A model generated the notes under the pieces. It saw nothing but the letters and a program-made list of their open reading frames with translations, did not search any database and was not told the DNA's origin. Positions 8,867 through 17,815 of a stretch of 64,000 bases of DNA are shown here, one piece after another. The first letter of the stretch is position 1. Each line of letters opens with the position of its first letter. Source of the DNA: Bryobacteraceae bacterium (GTDB lineage Bacteria; Acidobacteriota; Terriglobia; Bryobacterales; Bryobacteraceae); assembly GCA_052145115.1 (NCBI GenBank), contig JBKQPG010000044.1, positions 2,225 through 66,224 of the forward strand, written 5' to 3'. A program made the translations under genes and the position numbers.

Positions 8867-9343
8867 ATGAGAAAGCTGGTCTGCTGCTGGCTCGTGTTGG
8901 GCGGCTTCCTGATTGGCGGGGCCGCCGGGCAGGACAAAGGCACAGCCGCGAGGCCGGAGGCGGCCCGGAATTTGCGCTCAGCCCTTCAGGCGCTCAAAGA
9001 CCGGGGCGCTTCCCGGACAACGCTCAGCCGCCAACTGGCCGATGCAATCCTGTCGCTGGCGCAGGCCGGACACGAGCCGTCGCGCTCGGCCGTCGCGAGC
9101 TTCTCCGAGGAACTCACCGCTGCGCTGCTGGGCAAGGATCTGACCAAGGAGCAACTGACGGCGGTGGAGCAGTCCATTGGCGAAGTGTTGCACGTTACCG
9201 GCGCAACGTCGATCCCGGCCAGCCGCCTGCGAGAGACTTTGACCGCCCTGGGTGTCGATGCCACGATGTCCCAGACCGTCACCCGACGCCTCATCGCCAT
9301 GGGAGAAGAAGTCCGCGGCCCAGACGATATGCCGGCCAAATGA
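8867..9343 (+). CDS. Hypothetical secreted protein (158 aa)
   Basis: N-terminal signal-like MRKLVCCWLVLGGFLIGGAAG, then a helical, Ala/Leu-rich body. No motif recognised. Confidence 0.55.
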   Translation: MRKLVCCWLVLGGFLIGGAAGQDKGTAARPEAARNLRSALQALKDRGASRTTLSRQLADAILSLAQAGHEPSRSAVASFSEELTAALLGKDLTKEQLTAVEQSIGEVLHVTGATSIPASRLRETLTALGVDATMSQTVTRRLIAMGEEVRGPDDMPAK

Positions 9344-9393
9344 GCGGGGGTGAGCTCGTTCTCCAGGCGCTCGCACGAAGGTCACGCTGAAGA

Positions 9394-9431
9394 GCCGGAC
9401 CTGGAGGTCCGGCGCAGACGTGGCCGTCTGC
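9394..9431. repeat. REP-like double hairpin
   Basis: GCCGGACC-tgga-GGTCCGGC immediately followed by GCAGACG-tggc-CGTCTGC, in a convergent intergenic gap. Same architecture as 38572-38611. Confidence 0.75.
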
Positions 9432-9505
9432 CCCACCAACTCGGTCGCGGCCCACAAGAACGCAGCCGTGCCTGGCCCCGCGACTTCGATGTGCTGCGGC
9501 GGCCC

Positions 9506-10183
9506 TCAGTTTTCCAGGATGCGGCCGTCCCTCATGCGGGCGATGCGGTGGGCGTAGGCGGCGGCCTCGGGGTTGTGGGTGATCATCAGGATGGTCTGGC
9601 CGAGGCGTTCGTTCAGGTCACGGAGGACGTCCAGCACGGCGATCGCGTTTTCGGTGTCGAGATTGCCGGTGGGCTCGTCGGCCAGCAGGATGGCCGGATG
9701 GTTCACCAGGGCGCGGGCGATGGCGACGCGCTGTTGCTCGCCGCCGGACAGCGCGCGCGGCTTGTGATGGAGCCGCGCCTCGATCTTGAGCAGCTTCAGC
9801 AGCTCCAGGAAGCTCGGGTCCAGCCGACCTTTATGGCGGGCGATGGCGCGCGCGATCTCGATATTGCCCATGGCACTCAGCGTGGGCAGTAGATTGTAGC
9901 GCTGAAAAACGAAGCCGACTTTGTTGCGGCGCAGGCGCGTGCGGCCGGAGTCGCCGAGTTGGGCCAGATCCTCCCCATCGACGATCACGCTGCCCGCAGT
10001 GGGCTGGGTGAGACCGCCGAGGATGTGAAACAGCGTGGATTTCCCGGAGCCGGAGGGACCGACGACGGCCAGGAATTCGCCCTTCGGGACGTCCAGACTG
10101 ACGCCGCGCAGCGCCGGGACGTCGACTTCGCCAACATGGTAGGTTTTGCGGAGATCGCGGGTGCGGATGATGGGTTCAGCCAT
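9506..10183 (-). CDS. ABC transporter ATP-binding protein (MacB/LolD-type)
   Basis: Walker A GPSGSGKST, signature LSGGEQQRVAIARAL, Walker B ILLADEPTGNLD. True start MAEPIIRTRDL at 10183 (the track ORF is over-extended to 10435). Confidence 0.9.
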   Translation of the reverse strand: MAEPIIRTRDLRKTYHVGEVDVPALRGVSLDVPKGEFLAVVGPSGSGKSTLFHILGGLTQPTAGSVIVDGEDLAQLGDSGRTRLRRNKVGFVFQRYNLLPTLSAMGNIEIARAIARHKGRLDPSFLELLKLLKIEARLHHKPRALSGGEQQRVAIARALVNHPAILLADEPTGNLDTENAIAVLDVLRDLNERLGQTILMITHNPEAAAYAHRIARMRDGRILEN

Positions 10184-10191
10184 ATTCGTCC

Positions 10192-11286
10192 TCACTCGTA
10201 AGACAGCGCCTCGATGGCGTCCTGGCGGGCGGCGCGCAGGCCGGGATAGATCGCGCCCAGCAGCGACGCCACGAGCGCGATGGCGGCCACCTTCGGCCAC
10301 CAGTCGGGCGTGATGACCGATTGCAGGCTGGCGCGGACGAAATGGTTGATCGCCCAGTTGGCCAGAAACGAGAGCAGGATGCCGGCGATCCAGCCGCCGG
10401 CGGCCAGCACGATGGTCTCGCGAGCCAGCATCCACAAGATGTCGAGGGGCGAGGCGCCGAGGGCCTTCAGGATGCCGATCTCGCGGGTGCGCTCGAGCAC
10501 CACGGTGTACATGGTCAATGAGACAACCAGGAAGCCAACGACGATGGAGAGGGCGGTGATGACATAAATGAACGACTGCAGCATGGGCAGGTTTTCGGGC
10601 GCGAACTGGCCCAGGAACTCCTCGATGGAGTAAATCTTGTAGCCCGGCTGGGCGGCTTTCAACGCTTCGATGACCGCATTGGTGTTGTGGCGGTCGTCGA
10701 GCTTGAGGAACACCTGGGTCAGCTTGCCGTGGTTGTTGGTGGCGTCCTGCAGCGTGTCGAGGGGGACGAACAGGCGCGAGAGTTTGCCCGGTTGCACGAC
10801 GCCGCAGACGCGCCAGTCGCGGTTGAGAATCTTGACCGTGTCGCCGACGCGCTTCTTATTCTGTTCGGCCCACCAACTGTCGATGATGATGTCGTTGGGG
10901 CTGCTGAACGGGCCGCCCTCGACATACTGAAACGGCCCGCTGAGGGCGATGAAATCGTCGATGTCGATTCCGTTGACGGTGCTGATGCCGCCCACCAGCG
11001 CGATCAACGAGCCGGCGACGTGGGCTACGTGGGGCTGCTGGGCGTAGTAGTCGAGCAGGGCCTGGGGCATGGTGCCGCTGCTGAGGCTGATGATGGAGGC
11101 GTCCGGCGACTTGACCCAAATGTCGGCGCCGACGCCGCGAGCGCGGTTGGCGGAGTCCTGCAGCATGCCGCGGCTGAGGCCGACGATGGTAAGGATCATC
11201 ACGACCTGGAAGCCGATGGACAAGGCGGTGAGGCCGGTGCGCAGCTTGCGGTGGCGCAGGTTTTCGAAGACGAGTCGATTGATCAA
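10192..11286 (-). CDS. ABC transporter permease, FtsX/MacB-like
   Basis: MINRLVFENLRHRKLRTGLTALSIGFQVVMIL N-terminus, a periplasmic domain, and the C-terminal FtsX motif REIGILKALGAS. Confidence 0.85.
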   Translation of the reverse strand: MINRLVFENLRHRKLRTGLTALSIGFQVVMILTIVGLSRGMLQDSANRARGVGADIWVKSPDASIISLSSGTMPQALLDYYAQQPHVAHVAGSLIALVGGISTVNGIDIDDFIALSGPFQYVEGGPFSSPNDIIIDSWWAEQNKKRVGDTVKILNRDWRVCGVVQPGKLSRLFVPLDTLQDATNNHGKLTQVFLKLDDRHNTNAVIEALKAAQPGYKIYSIEEFLGQFAPENLPMLQSFIYVITALSIVVGFLVVSLTMYTVVLERTREIGILKALGASPLDILWMLARETIVLAAGGWIAGILLSFLANWAINHFVRASLQSVITPDWWPKVAAIALVASLLGAIYPGLRAARQDAIEALSYE

Positions 11287-11373
11287 GAGAAGGCGAATCC
11301 TTGGCAGGCATGGCGGCAGAGAGCCGGGCCCGCGGACGAACCCTTATTCTACCGCGCGGCAGCGGCCAGACCT

Positions 11374-12450
11374 TTAGGAAGAGGCGGGGGATGGGGCGGC
11401 AGCGCCGGCGTCGGCGTCCACAGGGGCCGGGGCCAGCAGGCGCGCTGTGTTGAGGATGCTGGAGACGAGGTGCAGGGCCAGGACGGCGTGGAAGCCAGCG
11501 CCTTCGGAAGCCTCGAACTGCAGCAGCGGGGTGACGGCGAGGGTTTCGAGGGCAATCAGCCAGGCGGGGTCGTTGGAGCAGCCGGGGAACAGGACGGCGT
11601 CGAGGGAGTCGGGGGCGACGGAGCGGGACACGAGGGCGGCGACGGCGCCGCAGAAACCGTCGGCGAAGACGGGCAGACGCGCATTGGCGGCGGCCAGCAG
11701 AAAGCCGGCCATGACGGCCAGATCGAGGCCGCCGAAGCAGCGCACGGCGGCCAGCGGCGAGATGGCGTCCAACTGGTGGCGGATGGCGCCCTGGCTGACG
11801 GCGTTGCGGCGCGGGGCGATGGAGTCGGGGTCGAGGATGTCGTCGAGATAAGTGGTTTCGATGGCCGGCCGGCCGGTGAGAGCGCCCAGGACGGCCGAAG
11901 CGGCGACGCTCGAGCCGGAGCCGAGCTGGGCGATGGCCACGCAGTCGAAGCGGCGGGCGGCGTCGTCGGCCAGGGAAGCGCCGAGGTCGAGCGCGGTGTT
12001 GAGCTGGTCCTCAGTCAGGGCGGCGCCGATGGTGAAGTCGAGCGCGCCATCGCAAACGCGATAGACGTGGGTACCCTGCTCGGCCTCACCGGTCAGGCCG
12101 CAATCAACGACCAGGCGGTCGATGCCGAACTGGCGGGCGAGGATGGAGGCGGGCGAGGCGCCGCGCAGGAAATTGGCCAGGTCGCGGCGGGTGCCGGCGG
12201 GGCCCTCGGCGCCGACGGGCGCGGCGGCGACGGCGTGTTCGGCGCAGATGAGATACAGGCCCAGGCGGGAGCAGGCGGGCAGCGTCTCATTGCGCACCAT
12301 GGCGACGTGCTTGGCGAAGTCCTCCAGACGGCCGAAGCCGCCGGGGAGGGTGGGGATGGAGGCCCAGAAGTCGTTCAGCGCCTGGGCGGCCTGGTCATTG
12401 AAGAGCGGCTGGATGGAGTCCGCGAGTTCGCGGATGCGAGGGGAAATCAT
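11374..12450 (-). CDS. CobT-like protein (nicotinate-nucleotide--dimethylbenzimidazole phosphoribosyltransferase family), divergent
   Basis: Family-like order: PGGFGRLE, ICAEHAV, NFLRGASP, GGLDLAVMAGFLLAAA, VFADGF, EASEGAGF. The canonical GEMGIGNTT is replaced by AQLGSGSSV. Confidence 0.65.
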   Translation of the reverse strand: MISPRIRELADSIQPLFNDQAAQALNDFWASIPTLPGGFGRLEDFAKHVAMVRNETLPACSRLGLYLICAEHAVAAAPVGAEGPAGTRRDLANFLRGASPASILARQFGIDRLVVDCGLTGEAEQGTHVYRVCDGALDFTIGAALTEDQLNTALDLGASLADDAARRFDCVAIAQLGSGSSVAASAVLGALTGRPAIETTYLDDILDPDSIAPRRNAVSQGAIRHQLDAISPLAAVRCFGGLDLAVMAGFLLAAANARLPVFADGFCGAVAALVSRSVAPDSLDAVLFPGCSNDPAWLIALETLAVTPLLQFEASEGAGFHAVLALHLVSSILNTARLLAPAPVDADAGAAAPSPASS

Positions 12451-12492
12451 GGGGATTTGAGTCCTGTCGAGAGGGGGTTTCTATCGATTGTC

Positions 12493-13506
12493 TCAGAGCC
12501 ACAGGCTGCGGCGGCGGCTGCGCAGCAGGGCGATGAAGCAGGGACCGCCGACCAGGGCGGTGAGGACGCTCACGGGAAGCTCGACGGCGAAGAGGCTGCG
12601 AGCGGCGGTGTCGCAGACGGCCAGGAAAGCGGCGCCGAAAAGGAACGAAGCGGGCATCAACAGACGATGGTCGGAGCCGAGCTTGAGGCGCAGAGCGTGG
12701 GGCACGACCAGGCCGACGAAACCGATGGGGCCGGTGACGGCAGTGACGGCGGCAGTCAGAAAAGAACCGGCGATGTAGCCGGCCAGCAGCAGGCGCGCCG
12801 GAGAGACGCCGCGGGCGGCGGCCCATTCCTCTCCCACGGCCATGAGGTTCCAGCGGCGGGCGGCGAGGCACAGCGCCAGCGAAAGCGGCACAACGGCGAT
12901 GGCGAGATAGACGAGAGTGCGCGTCTCGGGGGGATCGATGTTGCCCATGAGCCAGTGGACGATAGCGAAAGACTGGCGCAGGCTGGCGAGGTTGTGCAGC
13001 AGCATGATGAGCGAGGTGACGATGCCGTTGACCATGACGCCGCCGAGCAGCAGAGTGAACGAAGAGAGGCGGCGGCCCTCACTGGCAACGGCGAGCACGA
13101 TGACGAGAGTGACGGCCGCGCCGGCCATCGATGCGGCCCACAGGCCGGGCAGGCCGGCCACGGTCTGGAGGCCGAAGCAGATGGCGACGACGGCGCCGAG
13201 CGAGGCGCCGCCGGAGACGCCGAGGGTGTAGGGCGTGGCCAGAGGATCGCGCAGCAAGGACTGGAAGAGACAGCCGGCGATGGAGAGCGCGCCGCCGCAC
13301 AGCAGCGAGAGCAGCAGGCGCGGCAGGCGGACGCCGAAGAAGACGCGGCTGTCGGGCCACTCACCGGCGAAGGCGCGGCTGAGGCTGACATGGGAAGGGC
13401 CGAAGAGCGGGCACAGCAGCGCGCACAGCAGGACGGCGCAGAGGCCCAATGCCAGGACCAGGGCCAGGCGGCGGGGGGTGACGGGATGGGCCTCGGCGGG
13501 ATGCAT
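12493..13506 (-). CDS. FecCD/BtuC-family ABC permease (iron-siderophore/corrinoid type)
   Basis: 337 aa polytopic protein. TPYTLGVSGGASLGAV and the C-terminal GPIGFVGLVVPH motifs are typical of FecCD. Confidence 0.85.
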   Translation of the reverse strand: MHPAEAHPVTPRRLALVLALGLCAVLLCALLCPLFGPSHVSLSRAFAGEWPDSRVFFGVRLPRLLLSLLCGGALSIAGCLFQSLLRDPLATPYTLGVSGGASLGAVVAICFGLQTVAGLPGLWAASMAGAAVTLVIVLAVASEGRRLSSFTLLLGGVMVNGIVTSLIMLLHNLASLRQSFAIVHWLMGNIDPPETRTLVYLAIAVVPLSLALCLAARRWNLMAVGEEWAAARGVSPARLLLAGYIAGSFLTAAVTAVTGPIGFVGLVVPHALRLKLGSDHRLLMPASFLFGAAFLAVCDTAARSLFAVELPVSVLTALVGGPCFIALLRSRRRSLWL

Positions 13507-13525
13507 GGTTTAAGCGCGCATGGGG

Positions 13526-14296
13526 TCAGGCGTCATAAGCGATAAACGGGCGGCCGCCGGCGCGCTGCACCCACTCGGCGCGGACGTGGAAGACGGCCTG
13601 GATGCGGTCGGTGGAGAGGGCCTCGCAGGGGCCGGCATCGGCGACGACGCGGCCTTTCTGAAGTACGACGACGCGGTCGGAGTAGGCGGCGGCGAGGTTG
13701 AGATCGTGGGTGGCGGCGATGACCAGGATGCCGTCCTGGCTGAGGCGCCGCAGGAGCGAGTAGATGGCGAACTGATGGGACAGGTCGAGGAAGGTGGTGG
13801 GCTCGTCGAGCAGCAGGACCTGGGGTTCCTGGGCCAGGGCCGAAGCGAGAACGACGCGCTGGCGTTCACCGCCGCTGAGGGCGCGGAAATCGCGGTGGGC
13901 GAACTCGCCCATATCGGTGAGCTCCATGGCGTGGCGGGCGGCGTCGCGATCGCGGCCGGATTCGAAGAAGCCGCCGGCGTGGGGCGTGCGGCCCATGTAG
14001 ACGACCTCGCGGGCGGTGAACGGGAAATCGAGGCGCAGGCTCTGGGGCACGAAAGCGACGCGGCGGGCGAAATCGCGGCGGCGCCAGCGCGGGGACTCGA
14101 TTCCGAAGAGGCGGCAGGAACCGGTGTAGCCGGGGCGCAGGCCGGCCATGATGCCGAGCAGGGTGGATTTGCCGGCGCCGTTGGGACCGGCCAGGGCGAC
14201 CATTTGGGGAGCCTCGAAGCGCAGGTTGATATCCGCGAGCACGGGCGTGGAGCCGTAGATCATGCCGACGGAGACGGTTTCGAGAATCGGGTTCAT
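13526..14296 (-). CDS. ABC transporter ATP-binding protein (BtuD/FepC type)
   Basis: Walker A GPNGAGKST, signature LSGGERQRVVLASAL, Walker B LLLDEPT. 4-nt ATGA overlap with the upstream gene. Confidence 0.9.
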   Translation of the reverse strand: MNPILETVSVGMIYGSTPVLADINLRFEAPQMVALAGPNGAGKSTLLGIMAGLRPGYTGSCRLFGIESPRWRRRDFARRVAFVPQSLRLDFPFTAREVVYMGRTPHAGGFFESGRDRDAARHAMELTDMGEFAHRDFRALSGGERQRVVLASALAQEPQVLLLDEPTTFLDLSHQFAIYSLLRRLSQDGILVIAATHDLNLAAAYSDRVVVLQKGRVVADAGPCEALSTDRIQAVFHVRAEWVQRAGGRPFIAYDA

Positions 14297-15177
14297 TGCG
14301 GCTGGCGCGGAGGCGGGGCCTCAGGATGAATCAAGGCGAAAAGCTGGCGGGCAGCCTGGGCCATGCGCGGGCCGGGGCGCACGAAGACGTCGGAAGCGAT
14401 GACCTGGACGCGATGGTTGGCGACGGCGCGCAGGCGCGGATAAGCCGCCCAGAGGGCCAGGACCGGCTCCGGCGGCTGGCCGGGACGGCCCTCGGCGTGG
14501 GCGTCGTCGCCCATGTCGAGGATCACGTCGGGATCGCGCGTGAGGATCTGCTCGAGGGAGACGTTGGGGTACTGCATGGGCGAGCCGGCGAGGACGTTGG
14601 AGGCGCCGGCGATGTGCAGCAGCTCGTCGATAAAGGTGCCGGGGCCTGCGCCGACCATACCCTGCAGCGTGCCGGGGGCGCGTCCCACCAGGAAAAGTAC
14701 GCTGCGGCGCGGAAGCGGGGCGGCGAGGCGGCGGACAGAGTCGAGCTGGGCGCGCAAGCTGGCGGTGAGGCGGGCGGCGGCAGCGTCGCGGCCGGTCAAC
14801 TGGCCGATGCGCGAGAGGGAGGAGAGAATATCGGAGATCGAGTCCTGGTCGAGCTCTTCGGCTCGCAAGCCCAAAGAGCGGAGTTTTGGAGTGATGCCGA
14901 CAGGGTTCTTGATGACCAGCACGAGATCGGGGCGCAGGGCGAGGATGCGTTCGAGATCGGGTTCGAGGAATGTGCCGATCTTGGGCTTGGTGCGGGCGTC
15001 GTCAGGATAGGTGCAGTAGATGGTGTCTCCGGCGACGTTGGGGCCGAGGCCGAGGGCGTAGAGCATCTCGGTGATGCTGGGCGCGGTGGAGACGATGCGG
15101 GTGGGAGGAGCGGCGAATAGGGCTGCATACATCAAAGGAAGCAGCGTGAGCAATCGGCGGGAGAAAGCGCCGCTCAC
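14293..15177 (-). CDS. Periplasmic substrate-binding protein, BtuF/cobalamin-binding-like
   Basis: RIVSTAPSITEMLYALGLGPNVAGDT...KPKIGTFLEPDLERILALRPDLVLV. The likely GTG start at 15177 forms a GTGA overlap with the CobD-like stop. The track ORF (to 15675) is an Arg/Pro-rich over-extension. Confidence 0.8.
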   Translation of the reverse strand: MSGAFSRRLLTLLPLMYAALFAAPPTRIVSTAPSITEMLYALGLGPNVAGDTIYCTYPDDARTKPKIGTFLEPDLERILALRPDLVLVIKNPVGITPKLRSLGLRAEELDQDSISDILSSLSRIGQLTGRDAAAARLTASLRAQLDSVRRLAAPLPRRSVLFLVGRAPGTLQGMVGAGPGTFIDELLHIAGASNVLAGSPMQYPNVSLEQILTRDPDVILDMGDDAHAEGRPGQPPEPVLALWAAYPRLRAVANHRVQVIASDVFVRPGPRMAQAARQLFALIHPEAPPPRQPQ

Positions 15178-16211
15178 GGAGTTTCCACCACAGGCTGGTC
15201 CGCGGCGCAAAAGAACTCCCGGGCGGCGGCGACGAAGCGCTCGTTTTCGGGGCGCGTGCGGATGGCGAAGCGGATGGCCTGGCCGGGGATGCCGGGCTGG
15301 CCGGTGCAGTTGTGGAGGAGAATCTGGCGATCGAGGAACCAGTCGACGACCTGCTGGGCGGGCCGGGCGGTGGAGGCGAATAAGAAATTCGCAGCGCCGG
15401 GCGTGAGTTGCAAACCGTCGAGGGCGCCAAGCTGCTCGAGCAGCCAGCCGCGTTCCGCGGCGATGAGAGCGCGGGAGTGGGCGGGGTAGTCGGCGTCGGC
15501 CAGCGCGGCGAGGGCGGCGGCCGCGGCGAGAACGCCGACGGTGAAGGGCTCGCGGCGGCGGCGCAGGCGGGCAATCGACTGCGGCGAGCCGACCAATGCG
15601 CCGACGCGCAGGCCGGGCAGGGCGTAGAAACCGGACAGCGAACGGAGCACGAGGAGGTTGGGGTGGTCGGCGCACCAGGCGACGGCGGAGTCGAGCGGAG
15701 TGAAGTCGATGAACGACTCATCGACCAGAACGGGACCTTCGCGCGAGGCGATGGCGCGGCGGAGGATGTTGGCGGGGATCTCCTCGCCGGTGGGATTGAC
15801 GGGCTGGCCGAGGGCCAGCAGACCGCGCTGGGGCCAGCAATAAGGATCGTCCAGCGGAAGATGGAGGGCGTGGGGGAAGGCGCGATAGAACGCCGGCCAG
15901 ACGGGCGTTACCAGCGCCGCGGGGCCGTGCCAGCCGACGCGCGCGAAGAAGTGCAGCAACTCCGTGGCGCCGCCGCCGGCGAGGACCATTTCGGGGGCGA
16001 CGCGCCAGGCCGCGGCGAGGGCCGATTCCAGCTCCAGGGGCATGGGGGCGGGGTAACAGGCGATGCGATCGAGAGCGGCCTGGATGGCCGGGCGCACGCC
16101 GGGCGGGGGCCCCAGGGGGTTGATACTGGCGCTCAAATCGAGGACCGCGCGCCAGTCCCAGCCACGCGTGCGCGAGATGGCGAAGAGACTTTCACCATGC
16201 ATGATCGTCAA
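15174..16211 (-). CDS. CobD/CobC-like (threonine-phosphate decarboxylase family, class I/II aminotransferase fold) lacking the expected PLP lysine
   Basis: LDLSASINPLGPP, VNPTG and VDESFIDF match the family. The SxxK position reads LRSLSGFYALPGLRVG (codon GGT, checked on the DNA). Confidence 0.7.
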   Translation of the reverse strand: MTIMHGESLFAISRTRGWDWRAVLDLSASINPLGPPPGVRPAIQAALDRIACYPAPMPLELESALAAAWRVAPEMVLAGGGATELLHFFARVGWHGPAALVTPVWPAFYRAFPHALHLPLDDPYCWPQRGLLALGQPVNPTGEEIPANILRRAIASREGPVLVDESFIDFTPLDSAVAWCADHPNLLVLRSLSGFYALPGLRVGALVGSPQSIARLRRRREPFTVGVLAAAAALAALADADYPAHSRALIAAERGWLLEQLGALDGLQLTPGAANFLFASTARPAQQVVDWFLDRQILLHNCTGQPGIPGQAIRFAIRTRPENERFVAAAREFFCAADQPVVETP

Positions 16212-16315
16212 TCGGGTTCCTCCCGGAGGGCCGCAGGCGGCCGCCGCAGCGGGGGCCTGGCAAAGCGCGGCGACCCCAATCGAACCGGCAGCAGAGTCCG
16301 GAAACTCCTACTGTA

Positions 16316-17173
16316 CTACGAGCCGAGGCAGCGCTCACGCAAACGCGCGGCGCCGGCGTGCAGCTCGAGCCAGTCGGCCAGCGCATCGAACTCGCTTTCT
16401 TCCGGATCGGGCGATGGCAGGTGGCGGCCCAGAGCGAGGGAAGCGGCACGGAAATCGCGCAGCGCGCCTTCCGCCAGCGCCGGGCCAGGACCGATGCGGC
16501 CGAGGGTGCCGAGGATTGAACAACCCTGTTCGCACTGGCGTTCCAACCAGGCGTCCAGACCGGTTTCGGCGAGCCACTGAGAGTCGAAGTCCTCGTCGGC
16601 CGAAGCGGGCACAATGAGCAGATTGAAGAGACCGTGGGGCGGCGAGGAGATCCACTCGGCGCCGCGGAAGAGGCGGAAATCGGCAAAGTTGCGCAGATGG
16701 GGCAGCGAAAGGATGCCGACGCGGGGCGCGTTTTGATAGGTCCACTCGGGCAGATGGGCGAGCGCGGGCGGAGGCTCGGGAAACAGAGCGGAGGCGTCGT
16801 ACCAAGGGGCCAGCCAGACGTCCCCCGAAACAGTGTCCAGCAACTCAAGCGGGGCGGCGGGCGCGTTGAGGAGATCGAAACGCGGGCCGGGGAGCGGCGC
16901 CGTGGCGGGCGCGCATTCAACGACGATGTAGTCCCATTGCCCGGCCAAGGCGGCCAGAGAGTCCGGGCCGCCGAACGGAGCCAACGATTCCAACAGGCCC
17001 GCGGCGCCGGCCAGGAGGTGCAGCGAGCGGGGGTCGGGCGCGGGGTCCGGGCACAGCGCGAAGGGACAAACAGGATGGTGGCCGCGATGCAACCAGCGGC
17101 ACAGGGCGGCGGCGAGGAGGGTCTTGCCGGAGCGGGGCGAACGGCTGGTCACGGAGACGATGTGAGCGGGCAT
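16316..17173 (-). CDS. Short, degenerate CobQ/CobB-like protein (cobyric acid synthase family)
   Basis: 285 aa. N-terminal SRSPRSGKTLLAAALCRWL and DYIVVECA resemble the CobQ ATPase part. RVGILSLPHLRNFADFRLF and LLIVPAS resemble the GATase part. The GICGG nucleophile region reads GTLGRIG. Confidence 0.55.
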   Translation of the reverse strand: MPAHIVSVTSRSPRSGKTLLAAALCRWLHRGHHPVCPFALCPDPAPDPRSLHLLAGAAGLLESLAPFGGPDSLAALAGQWDYIVVECAPATAPLPGPRFDLLNAPAAPLELLDTVSGDVWLAPWYDASALFPEPPPALAHLPEWTYQNAPRVGILSLPHLRNFADFRLFRGAEWISSPPHGLFNLLIVPASADEDFDSQWLAETGLDAWLERQCEQGCSILGTLGRIGPGPALAEGALRDFRAASLALGRHLPSPDPEESEFDALADWLELHAGAARLRERCLGS

Positions 17174-17364
17174 TCGATTTCCAGTATCGGACGATGCGGT
17201 ATCGGACCTCAGGTAATTGAACTGCGAGCATGCGTGCGGCCAGCCGGGCGAGGAGAATCACGAAGAAAGAGGAATTGGGTCGGCGCATATCGACTTGGCA
17301 AATCTCGCTCCAACTGAGAAAACAGAGTTGTGGGATCCTACGACGTAGGATTGGATCAACAAAC

Positions 17365-17655
17365 ATGGAAAATTTGGGGATTTCGCAATCCAGAGCCGCC
17401 GTTGCACTTAGCACCGTGTGCCTGCTCTGGCACACTGATTCGTACGGTGACGAGAAGCTGATTGGAGTGTACGCGACAAGGTCCGATGCATCCCTAGCCA
17501 TCGGGCGGTTTAAGGACAAACCCGGTTTTTCAGAGGGCGGTGAGTTCGAAATCGCCGAATACGAGCTAAACAAAGATCACTGGACTGAGGGGTTTTATCG
17601 GCGCGACGGGCTCAGCCTTCCAACTTGGTTTCGCCCCGGTGATACGAATGAGTAA
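17365..17655 (+). CDS. Small hypothetical protein (96 aa)
   Basis: ATG at 17365 in a lower-GC islet. Sequence VCLLWHTDSYGDEKLIGVYATRSDASLAIGRFKDKPGFSEGGEFEIAEYELNKDHWTEGF looks like a compact globular domain. No firm family. Confidence 0.5.
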   Translation: MENLGISQSRAAVALSTVCLLWHTDSYGDEKLIGVYATRSDASLAIGRFKDKPGFSEGGEFEIAEYELNKDHWTEGFYRRDGLSLPTWFRPGDTNE

Positions 17656-17815
17656 GGCCGTCTATCCGTCCTTTGGGTTTCTCAAGTCAATATGTGCCAT
17701 TGAGTCACGCGGAGGGACACTGCGAGTGCTGGCGGAGCCGGGCGGCGGATGGAGACAAATTAATCCTTAATGAGGATCTGCCCGGCTCGAAGGCGACAAC
17801 ACGCGCCGCCGGGCC

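Noticed and set aside
10687-13545. 952-aa plus-strand ORF, the longest in this part of the track
   Set aside because: It lies antisense to four well-supported minus-strand genes (FtsX permease, CobT-like, BtuC-like, ATPase). Its product is a low-complexity Gly/Ala/Asp/Glu/Arg string with no motifs. This is a typical stop-codon-poor shadow frame in high-GC DNA.
15178-15675. N-terminal 166-aa extension of the BtuF-like ORF, plus similar extensions at 10184-10435, 25164-25262, 35124-35819, 58585-58812, 62078-62395 and 63131-63331
   Set aside because: The extensions are Arg/Pro-rich, overlap upstream genes, and precede obvious native starts (signal peptides, RBS, canonical N-termini). They are artefacts of longest-ORF calling in GC-rich DNA.
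16212-16315. Possible cobalamin riboswitch in the leaders of the cob/btu genes (also 17174-17364)
   Set aside because: I could not find the B12 box (GCCACUG-type core) or the GGUG..AAUCC / GCCAGGAGACC-like elements in the right order on the transcribed strand. An Infernal scan with RF00174 would settle it.
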